From a virus (Duplodnaviria > Heunggongvirae > Uroviricota > Caudoviricetes), in IMG/VR virus record IMGVR_UViG_3300025133_000019: a DNA stretch of 64,000 bases, one strand, 5' to 3'. Made by a program: the position numbers and the translations under genes. Under the pieces are notes generated by a model. That model ran no database searches and was not told the origin of the DNA. It worked only from the letters and a program-made list of their open reading frames with translations. Below are positions 1 through 9,444 of the stretch, piece after piece; the first letter of the stretch is position 1, and the number at the start of each line of letters is the position of its first letter.

Positions 1-2
1 CT

Positions 3-1049
3 AAAGTCGCTTATGACATTGCTAGGGCACTCCTTCCTGAGCTATTCGTAGCTGATAAGGAAACCTTTAAGGCAACTGCCGGTAGGATTGCTAGACTAGA
101 AAGCCCTCTGTTATTTAAATTGCACGAAAGAAGCCTGCTATTAAACCACGTAGCTAAATTTGTAGACGCTTCCGCTGCTGATTACAGATGGCTAGTTGAT
201 AAGTACAATGCAGAGCACGATAGCCTTACGGAAAATTATTCAGGGCCAGAAGATGGTTCTAAAGAGGATTATGCTTATACTCCTCAAGAATGGAAAGATA
301 AGTCAGAGGCTGACAAACTAGACAAGCATATGTCTGAAGGTCCTCTTGAGGAATCAAGAAAGGATTCAGAAGGTAGCTACGGTCCCCCTGAAGGTGGATT
401 GGACTATCCGGATAAAAATATGCCTAAAGAATGGCCTAGCACTAAGGCTTCCGCAGAGATGGATAGTCTTAAGGCAGAGATTGCTGAACTTAAGGATCTT
501 GTAAAAGCTTCTTATAAGTATGGTCTTTCTGATAAAGAAGATGGAGACGCAGAGAAAAAAGCGGAAGAAGAAGTTGAAGACGCAAGGGAAGCTCAAACAG
601 ATTCCGGAGCTTCTTGGACCAAGGCTTCCACAGAAGTTGTTGCTGAACCAGTAATCGCTGAAGAAGTAGAAGCTCCTATCGAGCCTATGGCTATGGAAGA
701 AGAGATCGACGAAGAGCCTATCATAATGGAAGAGGAAGAAGATATTGGTCTTGATGAAGAAGACGATATATTTGAGGCCGGTTTCAATATGGAAGAGGAA
801 GAAGAGGAAGATCTAGAATTGAACTTGAACGACGATATGAGTGCTATGTATTCAGCAGCTCTAGTCGATCATGAACTCATGGATCTTTTCGGAGATGAGG
901 GATTTAATTCCCAAGCTTCTCTCGATGGGATTGAGGATTCAGTTAAGCTAGGTGGCGACCAAGTTCTGCCACAGGTTTTAACTAAATCAGCTAGTAAAAA
1001 AGAAAAAAATAAGGCGAACGAACTAGATAGTTTGTTTTCCCAGGATTAA
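3..1049 (+). CDS. Acidic scaffold/prohead core-like protein, 5'-truncated by the window edge
   Basis: The frame of the 120..1049 ORF is open back to position 3 (KVAYDIARALLPELF...). Very E/D-rich, with a short coiled coil (MDSLKAEIAELKDLVK). Lies directly upstream of the decoration and capsid genes. Confidence 0.65.
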   Translation, partial: KVAYDIARALLPELFVADKETFKATAGRIARLESPLLFKLHERSLLLNHVAKFVDASAADYRWLVDKYNAEHDSLTENYSGPEDGSKEDYAYTPQEWKDKSEADKLDKHMSEGPLEESRKDSEGSYGPPEGGLDYPDKNMPKEWPSTKASAEMDSLKAEIAELKDLVKASYKYGLSDKEDGDAEKKAEEEVEDAREAQTDSGASWTKASTEVVAEPVIAEEVEAPIEPMAMEEEIDEEPIIMEEEEDIGLDEEDDIFEAGFNMEEEEEEDLELNLNDDMSAMYSAALVDHELMDLFGDEGFNSQASLDGIEDSVKLGGDQVLPQVLTKSASKKEKNKANELDSLFSQD

Positions 1050-1071
1050 TTAATATTTAAGGAGAAAGACA

Positions 1072-1578
1072 ATGGCACTTGAACAATTACATAAAGTAAC
1101 TGCTCGTCCTGTATCTCTAGGTGATGACGCTAAAACTCAGGAAAATTTCGATTTTTCTCAGAATGGGTCACCCTACCAAAATAAAACCATGGGTAAAGGT
1201 AATGACACAAACAAAGGAGTTCTAGGAGGATCTATAGGTGCTATGGATACTGACGGAACTCTAAAGAAGTGTACTGAGACCCTTAGAGCTATGGGATTAT
1301 TTGGACATGACGCAGCAGGGGAAGACTTTGAGAGCAACCGCCCAAAGGATTCTGGAGTTATTACTCTAGTATCTCTAGGATTTCATTTTGTTGATATCTA
1401 TGAGACTAGAAATAAAGCTAATGGGGGAGATTTAACTTACGTTTCCGGAGAGACTTTGTACTCTTCTGGTAACGGTCTATTAACCAATGAAGATTGGGGA
1501 TCTGCTCTAGTGGTTGGTGTAGTAGAAACAGCTCCTTCTGCCCTAGGCGAGAAGATGCTTATTAAGCTGTTGGTATAA
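1072..1578 (+). CDS. Putative head decoration/cement protein
   Basis: 168 aa, Gly-rich beta-type sequence (LYSSGNGLLT...VVGVV) between scaffold and MCP; strong SD (aaggag). Confidence 0.6.
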   Translation: MALEQLHKVTARPVSLGDDAKTQENFDFSQNGSPYQNKTMGKGNDTNKGVLGGSIGAMDTDGTLKKCTETLRAMGLFGHDAAGEDFESNRPKDSGVITLVSLGFHFVDIYETRNKANGGDLTYVSGETLYSSGNGLLTNEDWGSALVVGVVETAPSALGEKMLIKLLV

Positions 1579-1588
1579 GGAGAAAATA

Positions 1589-2473
1589 ATGAGACGATTA
1601 TTTGACAACGAAAATTTAAGCAGCCGAAAGAAGCATGAGCTAATTGCTAAGTATATCAGGACTCCTAAGGGACGAATGGTATTAGCAAAGTACCTTCAAT
1701 CACCAGTAAAAAGACAACTTCTTTATGAAGGGGTTTTACGAAAGGCTTTCTATGTAGAAGAACTTCTACCTGGAGCTAGCCCTTACTACGATAAGGACGT
1801 TAATGTTCCTGCGTATGTAGTTTCAGAAGAAGCGGATTCTGTAATGGCTATTCAGAGGAGCACCAGAATTGATGTTCCTATGTTTGAAATTGCAGCTAAT
1901 CCAATGATTCCTTTCACTACTATTCAGGAAAAGCGATTTGACATCGTAGAGAGGACGTTAGAGCAAGGTAAGTCGGCTATCATGGAAGAAGAGGATACTC
2001 GTGGTTTTAATTTGATTGCAGCTACTGCAACTCAGAATACTACTAACGCAGTTAACCCTACCATCGGTGTGGGTACTGGTGTAACACCAGCTCTTTTGGC
2101 AGATGCCTTCGGACAGGTAGAAAAGTGGCGATTAAGAGTTTCTAGAGTATTCTTGAACCCTCTTAACTATGCTGACATCAGGAAGTTTGATAGAGATATC
2201 CTTGATATCGAATCCCAAGCTTTCCTTTTGAAGACTGGTATTCAGAACTCTCTTTGGGGAGCACACTTGATTCAGTCTAGCGTAGTACCTGTTGACACTG
2301 TTTACGTGGTTGCAGAGCCTGAGTATTTTGGTAGAATGCCAATTAGAACAGACTTGACTATCTTGTCTGCTGACGACAATCGCCAGCGTATGATCGGATT
2401 CTCTATGTTTGAGATTATTGGTATTGCAGTAACCAATCCACTTGGATTACAAGCTCTTAGCATTAACGAATAA
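1589..2473 (+). CDS. Major capsid protein (short HK97 fold, encapsulin-like)
   Basis: 294 aa; position after scaffold/decoration, strong SD, followed by a terminator; motifs FEIAANP, EEEDTRGF, FLNPLNYADIR, LWGAHLIQSSVVP..TVYVVAEPEYFG typical of HK97-type capsids. Confidence 0.85.
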   Translation: MRRLFDNENLSSRKKHELIAKYIRTPKGRMVLAKYLQSPVKRQLLYEGVLRKAFYVEELLPGASPYYDKDVNVPAYVVSEEADSVMAIQRSTRIDVPMFEIAANPMIPFTTIQEKRFDIVERTLEQGKSAIMEEEDTRGFNLIAATATQNTTNAVNPTIGVGTGVTPALLADAFGQVEKWRLRVSRVFLNPLNYADIRKFDRDILDIESQAFLLKTGIQNSLWGAHLIQSSVVPVDTVYVVAEPEYFGRMPIRTDLTILSADDNRQRMIGFSMFEIIGIAVTNPLGLQALSINE

Positions 2474-2494
2474 ACACAAGAGACAACAAAAATT

Positions 2495-2519
2495 GGCCCC
2501 TCTAGTAGGGGCCTTTTTT
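2495..2519 (+). terminator. Rho-independent terminator after the MCP gene
   Basis: Hairpin GGCCCCT-CTAGT-AGGGGCC followed by TTTTTT. Confidence 0.9.
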
Positions 2520-2555
2520 ATATTCAATTGTTTTTCGATTGTTAGTAACATAGAT

Positions 2556-2580
2556 AAAAAGCTGTTTTGACAGCTTTTTT
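2556..2580. terminator. Second hairpin, possibly a bidirectional terminator or RNA stability element
   Basis: Inverted repeat AAAAAGCTGT-TTTG-ACAGCTTTTT about 20 nt upstream of the next start codon. Confidence 0.55.
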
Positions 2581-2599
2581 GTTATTCTAAGGAGAATAA

Positions 2600-3466
2600 A
2601 TGAAGAAGAGATATTTTATTTGTAATTCCGCTATTCACTTAAGCGATGCTAAGCGCACCCTATACAAGGGCAGGTATTTACTTGTGAGCCGGGGTAAAGT
2701 TTTTATCCCTTCCAAGGGAAAGCTAAAAGAGATTAGCAGTCAAGGAGACTGGGTTATTAGTAAAGCTGAGAAGGGTTTTCTTATTGAAAAGTCTGAAAAG
2801 GAATTTAACGAGTTTCTAAAAAGTGACGTTAAAAAAGAGGTAAAAGCTGTCAATTCGACTACCGATTATCAAGAAGTCGTAACTCATGTTAAAGTTGATG
2901 ATAGAATAAAAAGAGTAGATGCTCATAAAGCTTTCTCTCAACCTTTAGCTTCTCCTTCTGTATTACGACCTCCTAAGACCGCCAGCGAACCTAGAGTTGA
3001 GACTAAGATTCATACTAACGCTGTGACCAAGGAGAAGCCAGCTTATTCTGTAGGGTCTGGGAGCAAGGTTTCTGGTGAATTGGCAGAAAAGTTCGTGGTT
3101 ATAGACACATCTGAACTAAAAAAGGCTAATCCCTTTGACTCGGAGAGTGCGTATAAGAAGGAAGCTTCGAAAGACCTTATAGTAGCGGACAAAATTGATC
3201 CTCCGGTTAAAGAGGATAAAGAAGAGAAATCACACAGAGAAAAATGGGAGGAATACGTAAAGCTTTCTAAAAAAGCTCAGAGAATTTCTTTTATAGGAGA
3301 GTTAACGTATCCAAAACTGCTTATGTTTTTCATAGATAAAACAGCAGAAATAGTGAGTACCGGGGAGTTAGATGGCCGAAAATTAACAGCTAATCTGAAG
3401 AAAATGCACCAAAATTTAATGGAAATAATGGAGTCTCAGTTAAAGTTAGCTAGGTTTTCAGCCTAA
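2600..3466 (+). CDS. Hypothetical protein (Lys-rich)
   Basis: 288-aa ORF with SD aaggag; no recognisable motif. Confidence 0.75.
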   Translation: MKKRYFICNSAIHLSDAKRTLYKGRYLLVSRGKVFIPSKGKLKEISSQGDWVISKAEKGFLIEKSEKEFNEFLKSDVKKEVKAVNSTTDYQEVVTHVKVDDRIKRVDAHKAFSQPLASPSVLRPPKTASEPRVETKIHTNAVTKEKPAYSVGSGSKVSGELAEKFVVIDTSELKKANPFDSESAYKKEASKDLIVADKIDPPVKEDKEEKSHREKWEEYVKLSKKAQRISFIGELTYPKLLMFFIDKTAEIVSTGELDGRKLTANLKKMHQNLMEIMESQLKLARFSA

Positions 3467-3505
3467 TTTAGTTTTATTCATTTTTTCTTCAGTTGATAAG
3501 AGGCT

Positions 3506-4009
3506 ATGAATAACTTTTTAACTATTCCTTTATTTAATTTGAATGATGACGATTGCGGGTGTGACCACTCAGTGGTGTCCTATACCCTGGATGAGCTGAG
3601 AAATACTACCGCACCTCTTTCTAAGAGATTCGTGGGAGGGTGTAGCTCAACTTTGTATAGAGTAGACGCTAGAAATGCTAGGTGGCTATTTAAAGTTGTG
3701 TGTAACAAGCCTAAATCAGAGGGTCCTTATGTTGTAAGAGTGGGGATAGCAGATAAGTCTGATATGGATACTCCGGTTAAAGATAGGGACATGAATGTTT
3801 ATTGTTCTTGCCCGTTCTTTTGGTATTACGGAGCTGCGTATAATGCGTATGTAGAAGGTTATTTGGAAGGTAGAGATAAAAGAGGAATTCCTAGCACTCC
3901 ACAAGTACCGGGAAAACAGAATATAAAAATTTGTAAACATATAACTGCGGTGATACCAAAGGTTAGAACTTATTTGTTAACGACATTTAAAAAGAGTAGA
4001 GGAAATTAA
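3506..4009 (+). CDS. SWIM-type zinc-finger protein
   Basis: CxC (VYCSCPFF) ... CKH (ICKHI) SWIM signature. Confidence 0.75.
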   Translation: MNNFLTIPLFNLNDDDCGCDHSVVSYTLDELRNTTAPLSKRFVGGCSSTLYRVDARNARWLFKVVCNKPKSEGPYVVRVGIADKSDMDTPVKDRDMNVYCSCPFFWYYGAAYNAYVEGYLEGRDKRGIPSTPQVPGKQNIKICKHITAVIPKVRTYLLTTFKKSRGN

Positions 4010-4010
4010 T

Positions 4011-4280
4011 ATGCCGTTTTATAGTTATAGATGTGAAAGCTGTTCTCACGAGTTTGAAGAAATGAGAAGTATAAGTTCTATGGATGAAGAAAGCAGTTGT
4101 CCCGAGTGCTCCAAAAACGGTAAAAGGTTTTTTAATGTAGGCAGTGAAGTTAGTGTTATTTACACAGGTTGGGGATGGCATGATAAAAATGTTAAGCTGG
4201 CTCAACATAGAATGGAACAGAGTAAAAAAATGGAGAAGCTTCAGAAGGACAATCACCCTAGCCTGAGAGCTAGAAGATAA
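4011..4280 (+). CDS. FmdB-family zinc-ribbon protein
   Basis: MPxYxYxCxxC(SHEFE)...CPEC signature. Confidence 0.85.
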   Translation: MPFYSYRCESCSHEFEEMRSISSMDEESSCPECSKNGKRFFNVGSEVSVIYTGWGWHDKNVKLAQHRMEQSKKMEKLQKDNHPSLRARR

Positions 4281-4289
4281 GGAGATATT

Positions 4290-5195
4290 ATGCCCGTTCG
4301 AGTACAAGTAGAGAGTAGGGATAATGAAAAGGTTCTTCTATTTTGGAAACCCTCCGATATAAGTCTTGTTAAAGCTTATAATGTATATACTTCTTTAGAA
4401 AGAGAAGGTGTTTATACTAAGCGAGTAAGCAACCTTTTAAATAAAGCGGGGGAAACAGGGTCTGCCCCAAAGAAAATAAGAAGTTTTTATAGACAGGGTG
4501 CTGTAACTCTATCTGTTTCAGTGAATTCTTATATAGCTGCTGATAAAGAGTTCTATGTAAAAGTAACTGAGGTTTACAAGGATAATACAGAGGAGCTTAT
4601 AACAGTAGCTCCGTTTCGTTATGTAAGACTGCCAGGACGTGCCTCCACTATTATTAGAAATATAGATTTTGATAGAGAAAGAGGAATTCTGGGATGGGAC
4701 GAAGAGAATAACACATACAAAAGATTGGGAACCTCCTTATTATTGGAGGAAATAGATGAGAAACACGCTTTAGATGTAAAACTACAAGAGTCTTTAGTTA
4801 AGATAACTAATAATACAGATACAGATTCAAACCCCATTCCAATTAGTATATCCAGAACTTCAGATCCAGTGGTTCTAAGGAAGTCAGTTTCTGTTACTGA
4901 TGGTCCAGACGATGTTTTTGACAGTTTGAACTTTACCCCGGATTCGGATAAAAAATATGGTATTAGGGATATTAAAATAAGTTCCTCTAATGATATAAAA
5001 TATTATTTGAAATACAACACAGACACATTAGATCAGGGCCACTTAATTGCTCAAGACACTGTTCATACAGTGTTTTCGGGGGACTACTTTTTTGATGGGG
5101 CTGTAGCAGGCGGAGACCTAATATTAGAGATAACTTCTGAAAATGGAACAGCAGATGTGTTTTGTTTAGTTATTTTGGAGAGGCTTACTAAGTAA
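4290..5195 (+). CDS. Putative virion protein with N-terminal FN3-like domain
   Basis: VLLFWKP...YNVY...FYVKVTEV FN3-like pattern; within structural cluster. Confidence 0.5.
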   Translation: MPVRVQVESRDNEKVLLFWKPSDISLVKAYNVYTSLEREGVYTKRVSNLLNKAGETGSAPKKIRSFYRQGAVTLSVSVNSYIAADKEFYVKVTEVYKDNTEELITVAPFRYVRLPGRASTIIRNIDFDRERGILGWDEENNTYKRLGTSLLLEEIDEKHALDVKLQESLVKITNNTDTDSNPIPISISRTSDPVVLRKSVSVTDGPDDVFDSLNFTPDSDKKYGIRDIKISSSNDIKYYLKYNTDTLDQGHLIAQDTVHTVFSGDYFFDGAVAGGDLILEITSENGTADVFCLVILERLTK

Positions 5196-5204
5196 GGTGG
5201 AATT

Positions 5205-5606
5205 ATGACACAACGAAGATTAGCTATAAAATCTAGTGAAGATAGCGTATTAGTATCTCCTAGATCTCTCACTAATACGGTTAGTAGCAGTGTTGACATG
5301 TCATCTGCTGAATTAGCTCTATCCATTACTTCTGGAAGCTCTTTTTTAATGCATTTTGTCGGAGTAGGTTTTTCTTCTAATAATGCTTTCGAAGGAGAAA
5401 TAATAGTGTCTATTAAAATCGGGACTGATCAGTTGATAATAGACTCTAGGCCCTTAGTAGGACCCTCAGGGAGTATAGATTATTTCTATCAATTCGACAC
5501 TCCAATAAGTTTAGAGGCTAACAATGAGATTATAGTAGAGACAACTACTATGAAGGGCTCTACCGTAACAGCTAAATTATTCTGCTCTAAATCAGAGTTA
5601 GTATAG
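5205..5606 (+). CDS. Hypothetical beta-rich virion protein
   Basis: 133-aa ORF with SD in structural cluster. Confidence 0.55.
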   Translation: MTQRRLAIKSSEDSVLVSPRSLTNTVSSSVDMSSAELALSITSGSSFLMHFVGVGFSSNNAFEGEIIVSIKIGTDQLIIDSRPLVGPSGSIDYFYQFDTPISLEANNEIIVETTTMKGSTVTAKLFCSKSELV

Positions 5607-5614
5607 GAGTAAAT

Positions 5615-6166
5615 ATGCCTAGCAAAGTAAACGGCAAAACTATAACAGACGAGACTTTATTAGACATTGCTTCTACTACGTCTAAAACTGATGATTACGG
5701 GGAAACGTTTCCTTTTATTCAAGCCATAGGGGTTATTGATGCTGATCCAAAAGAATTCAAAATATCTGGCACTCAAATAACTAGCGTTAATGATAGTGTT
5801 ATTCACGAGTTTCAGATTGATCATCATGCCCCCGGACCTGTGAAGCTTCAATCATTAGAAATAGATTTATCCTGGGATGTGCTGGTAACAGGAAGTAATG
5901 CAGGGGACTTTGCTTATATTAGATGGCAATGGGCAGACTCTAGCACAGAAGTTTTTAATTACGAGGATTTTACTGATGATATCAAGGTTTTTAAAAATAA
6001 TCCTACTGGAGAGGTGTTTCATCGGTACGCAAGATTTAAGGCAGTTAATGTAACAGTGCTTCCAATAAAGATTAGAGTTTTAGGCAGGGTAAGCGAAGCA
6101 GGAGTTACTCTGGACGCTCTATTTAATAGTGATAGCCACTTTAAACACACTGTGACAATTGAATAA
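5615..6166 (+). CDS. Hypothetical beta-rich virion protein, probable paralog of the C-terminal domain of 6213..7571
   Basis: 183 aa; shares I(S/A)GT..EF.I..DLSW..W pattern with the downstream gene. Confidence 0.55.
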   Translation: MPSKVNGKTITDETLLDIASTTSKTDDYGETFPFIQAIGVIDADPKEFKISGTQITSVNDSVIHEFQIDHHAPGPVKLQSLEIDLSWDVLVTGSNAGDFAYIRWQWADSSTEVFNYEDFTDDIKVFKNNPTGEVFHRYARFKAVNVTVLPIKIRVLGRVSEAGVTLDALFNSDSHFKHTVTIE

Positions 6167-6212
6167 TTTTTTGATATTCGCTTGGTTTATCAATCTGCTT
6201 TTGAGGTAAAAA

Positions 6213-7571
6213 ATGACATTATTAAGAAGAATAATTGAAAAAGAGCACGGATTAACTCGTGTTGAAATAGCTTCTGTAGAGGGTAAAGTAGATCAGGTAT
6301 TGACTGACCTTACTACTCAGACTACTACTATTACTACAGCTATAACTGACCATGATACTAGTATAGACTCCCAGTTAACAGCGATAACTGCTGCTGTAAA
6401 CGCTCTTCAAAATGATGTTAGTGCAGCAATCTCATTTCCGTATGTTATTGAAAGGCCGGATGAAAATTCTAATAGAATCAATAAAATCTATTTTTATAAC
6501 TACTCAGACGGAATAATTGCAGATTTATTAGGCAGTAATACCGAGCTTCCTACACTTAGAATTCTAGACGGAGCTGGAAGTGCTTTGACCAATGGTTCCA
6601 ATGCTTCCACTGGCCCCAGCACTCTTATAAATAATTTAGATATGACCCGAGAGTCTGAAGGTATTTACTTTTTTGAGTTTGACCATGAGTTTCCTAATGG
6701 AGGGAGTCCTAACGCAGATGTAGGAACCTACAGATTAGAGATCAAGTCTAAGGAATCGGAAGGGCCAGACACATTTGCTTTGCACCCCAGATCTTTTGAG
6801 GTAGTTGAATTAACAGGAATGGCTTCAGGGTTTGCAGGTTTAACCTCTGACATAGCTGATTTAGACGGGGACGTTGTTGCTTTTAGAGCTGCTGTTGATG
6901 GATGGTTAGGCGGGGCTGCTATGGTTACCGCAGGAACTGATATTTACGCAGAAATACTAGATATTAAAGGAGATATAGCTACTCTTTTAAATGAGACCCA
7001 GCAGAATATTCCGAATAAAATTGATCTAGTGACCACAGCCGTAAATGACAATCACGGAATTACGGATGGTGTGTTTGAGGTTACCCTACCTATAATAGGG
7101 TCTACTTCTACTCTGTTGTCTGGAGATCCTACTGATATAGCAGGAACTCCGGTGAATGGTACTTCTAATGTGATGAAAAAGTCTTCTGAGTTTAATATCC
7201 AAGTTCCTACTAGCAGTAGGGTAACCACTGGGGTATACCAGAATATAGTTACTTACGATTTGTCCTGGAAGAGTATTATGGGAGGCGCTGGCCAAACAGG
7301 AGGCTCTGTCTGGGCTATAAGTAATACCGCCTACGGAGTAAATGATGATGTTACTTTGTCAGGCAGAGTATTTACTGCGACTTTAGCAGCATCTGATACA
7401 GAGACTAGGCACACTCTATACGGAGAAATTCAAGACGCTATACAGGATGGGGATTGGTACTTGACTTTAGCAGGGCAATCTACTGTTGATACTAACACTT
7501 TGACACTCACTCCTATGTCAGAAACACGAGTTTCTTTTGCATATACTGTAACGAGTGTGAGTCCAGTTTAA
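6213..7571 (+). CDS. Putative head/collar fibre-like virion protein (coiled coil, Ig-like domain, coiled coil, beta domain)
   Basis: Thr/Ala-rich heptads (TTQTTTITTAIT; LTAITAAVNAL), central SEGIY...GTYRL domain, beta-rich C terminus. Confidence 0.5.
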   Translation: MTLLRRIIEKEHGLTRVEIASVEGKVDQVLTDLTTQTTTITTAITDHDTSIDSQLTAITAAVNALQNDVSAAISFPYVIERPDENSNRINKIYFYNYSDGIIADLLGSNTELPTLRILDGAGSALTNGSNASTGPSTLINNLDMTRESEGIYFFEFDHEFPNGGSPNADVGTYRLEIKSKESEGPDTFALHPRSFEVVELTGMASGFAGLTSDIADLDGDVVAFRAAVDGWLGGAAMVTAGTDIYAEILDIKGDIATLLNETQQNIPNKIDLVTTAVNDNHGITDGVFEVTLPIIGSTSTLLSGDPTDIAGTPVNGTSNVMKKSSEFNIQVPTSSRVTTGVYQNIVTYDLSWKSIMGGAGQTGGSVWAISNTAYGVNDDVTLSGRVFTATLAASDTETRHTLYGEIQDAIQDGDWYLTLAGQSTVDTNTLTLTPMSETRVSFAYTVTSVSPV

Positions 7572-7586
7572 TAAAACCCTTGTATA

Positions 7587-7604
7587 TGATATAATGTGAG
7601 GATG
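7587..7604 (+). promoter_or_regulatory. Candidate extended -10 promoter (TGnTATAAT) giving a leaderless mRNA
   Basis: TGATATAAT at 7587-7595, then 6 nt, then ATG at 7602; no properly spaced SD. Confidence 0.45.
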
Positions 7605-8999
7605 ACTTTTTCATTCAGATCGTCTATACACATATACAAAAAAGATACTAATTTCTCTCTTTCTTTTCTAAGAAGTTTAATAAATACTTTGGAATCAGAA
7701 GTCAGTGTTTTTGTATATTCTGAAATAGAGCTTCCTAGTGACATAAAGTATACTTTACTAGAGAATCCCTTGGAGGAATCCTTTTATTTACCTATAGATA
7801 TAAGGTTCTTTTTCTCAAGAATTCCACAAAAAAAGCTAAATTCTCTCAGTTCAGATAGTATCTTGTTTGAGGAGGACTCCCAAGAATTTTTGACAAAAGT
7901 TTTGAAGAGGGTCCAGAATATCAAATGGGACCGGGGACGGCTTTTAAGATCATTAGACCTAGATAAAAGTTTGTCAATATCATTCTTAGCCGAGAAATTA
8001 TCAACGGGCTTCCATTCCTTAATAACCGATACAATCAGAAAAGGGTTCCATTCTAGAGCTTGTATACTAGATAATGTTGATTACCAGTTTAAAGGCAGTC
8101 TAGAGAACCTAAAGTATTGTGATGCAGTGGTTTTTTACAATTTTATAGACGTTTCCATATTTGATCTAGGAAAGCCTGTAGTACTTTGCATAGATGATTT
8201 AAGAGTGATGAAAAATATGGACAGAAATGAGCGTTTCTATCTACTCAAAACCAAGTTAATACAAAAAATATACACGGATAGCACAGAGATAAAAGATTTT
8301 TTCAGTGAGTTTGGTTTAGACTGTGAGCTGCTTACTAACACAAGTTTAAGTCTTACAGGCTTTTCTAAATGTTTGGCTAGCTTATATACGAAGTTTAATC
8401 CTGCTGTAGTAGAAAACCTAAAGATTGACCACAAGTTTCTGGGGGAGGGCGACACGGAGCTAGTCATTCCCAGTGATTTGTCCAAGTCTTATGCCGGAGT
8501 TCTAGAAAGCTATGATACTAGTTATGGAAGTCAGGAAGAAAGCTGGAAATATAGTCATCTTGCAGAGTCCTTGAGACTACTTGGAAAAAGAGAAGCCCTT
8601 TATATAGGAGAAAATGCTCTATTTGTAGAGGATCTTAGGGCCAAAGGATACGACGTTTTGTTTGTGTTTGCTTCAGAGAACCTGGAGAGTCCTGACTTAG
8701 AGGAAGTATTAGAGATAGAATCTCTTCCGGAATTAACTAGAGAATCTCATAGGTATGTGATTTGTGATAGCATATTTGATGATGATGATTACCTTAGTTG
8801 TTGCAGTTTTTTATGGCTACTTAGGGATATGGGATTTGGCTTTACAAGCATTTCTTTTTTGAGAAAGAATAATTTATTTTTACAGTCTAATATATGTTCA
8901 CAGTATTTACAAAATTTAGGGTGGAAAATCAATTGTAACGGATTCCAATCAGAGGTCCCGGATGATAAACTATCTATTATTAATTTAATTCCAGCTTAA
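7602..8999 (+). CDS. Hypothetical protein with degenerate glycosyltransferase-like and methyltransferase-like segments
   Basis: CDAVVFY...GKPVVLCIDDL resembles a GT-B N-domain; ALYIGENALFVEDLRAKGYDV resembles a class I SAM-MTase motif I lacking GxGxG. Start ATG 7602 or GTG 7596. Confidence 0.35.
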   Translation: MTFSFRSSIHIYKKDTNFSLSFLRSLINTLESEVSVFVYSEIELPSDIKYTLLENPLEESFYLPIDIRFFFSRIPQKKLNSLSSDSILFEEDSQEFLTKVLKRVQNIKWDRGRLLRSLDLDKSLSISFLAEKLSTGFHSLITDTIRKGFHSRACILDNVDYQFKGSLENLKYCDAVVFYNFIDVSIFDLGKPVVLCIDDLRVMKNMDRNERFYLLKTKLIQKIYTDSTEIKDFFSEFGLDCELLTNTSLSLTGFSKCLASLYTKFNPAVVENLKIDHKFLGEGDTELVIPSDLSKSYAGVLESYDTSYGSQEESWKYSHLAESLRLLGKREALYIGENALFVEDLRAKGYDVLFVFASENLESPDLEEVLEIESLPELTRESHRYVICDSIFDDDDYLSCCSFLWLLRDMGFGFTSISFLRKNNLFLQSNICSQYLQNLGWKINCNGFQSEVPDDKLSIINLIPA

Positions 9000-9013
9000 T
9001 ATAAAGGGGAATC

Positions 9014-9442
9014 ATGTCCACAAGAAAATCCACTAGGTCTATTTATAAGAAGGTTTCCGTTAACAGGGCTCATTCGGTTCTGCCCTATGCTGATACTGGG
9101 GATTCTACTATATTTACCATACGTACAGAAGACACCTATATTTTGTATGGTATTAGCTTCAAACTAACCACTTCCTCAGGGTCGTTTACTGATCCTAAAT
9201 TCTATATAGGAAGTCAATCAGACATAGTAAACGCCTCCGGGTATAAAGTTTTTCCTTTTGATACGCATGAGAATATAGTTTTTAAGGACCTAGGTGACGA
9301 CACCTCTTTATATGATTCACAGTTTATTCATCCCATCACTATTCCTAGGGGATTTTATATTTCTTTAGTTTTTAATGAGAGCGGGGTCACAAGTAACCCG
9401 GTTGTGGCTTTTGATCTTAATTATGTGGTAGAGCAGACTTAA
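9014..9442 (+). CDS. Hypothetical beta-rich virion protein
   Basis: 142 aa, SD ggggaa; jelly-roll-like composition. Confidence 0.55.
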   Translation: MSTRKSTRSIYKKVSVNRAHSVLPYADTGDSTIFTIRTEDTYILYGISFKLTTSSGSFTDPKFYIGSQSDIVNASGYKVFPFDTHENIVFKDLGDDTSLYDSQFIHPITIPRGFYISLVFNESGVTSNPVVAFDLNYVVEQT

Positions 9443-9444
9443 TT

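Noticed and set aside
655-815. GAAGAA/GAGGAA-rich low-complexity tract
   Set aside because: Explained by poly-Glu coding in the scaffold-like protein; not an independent DNA repeat
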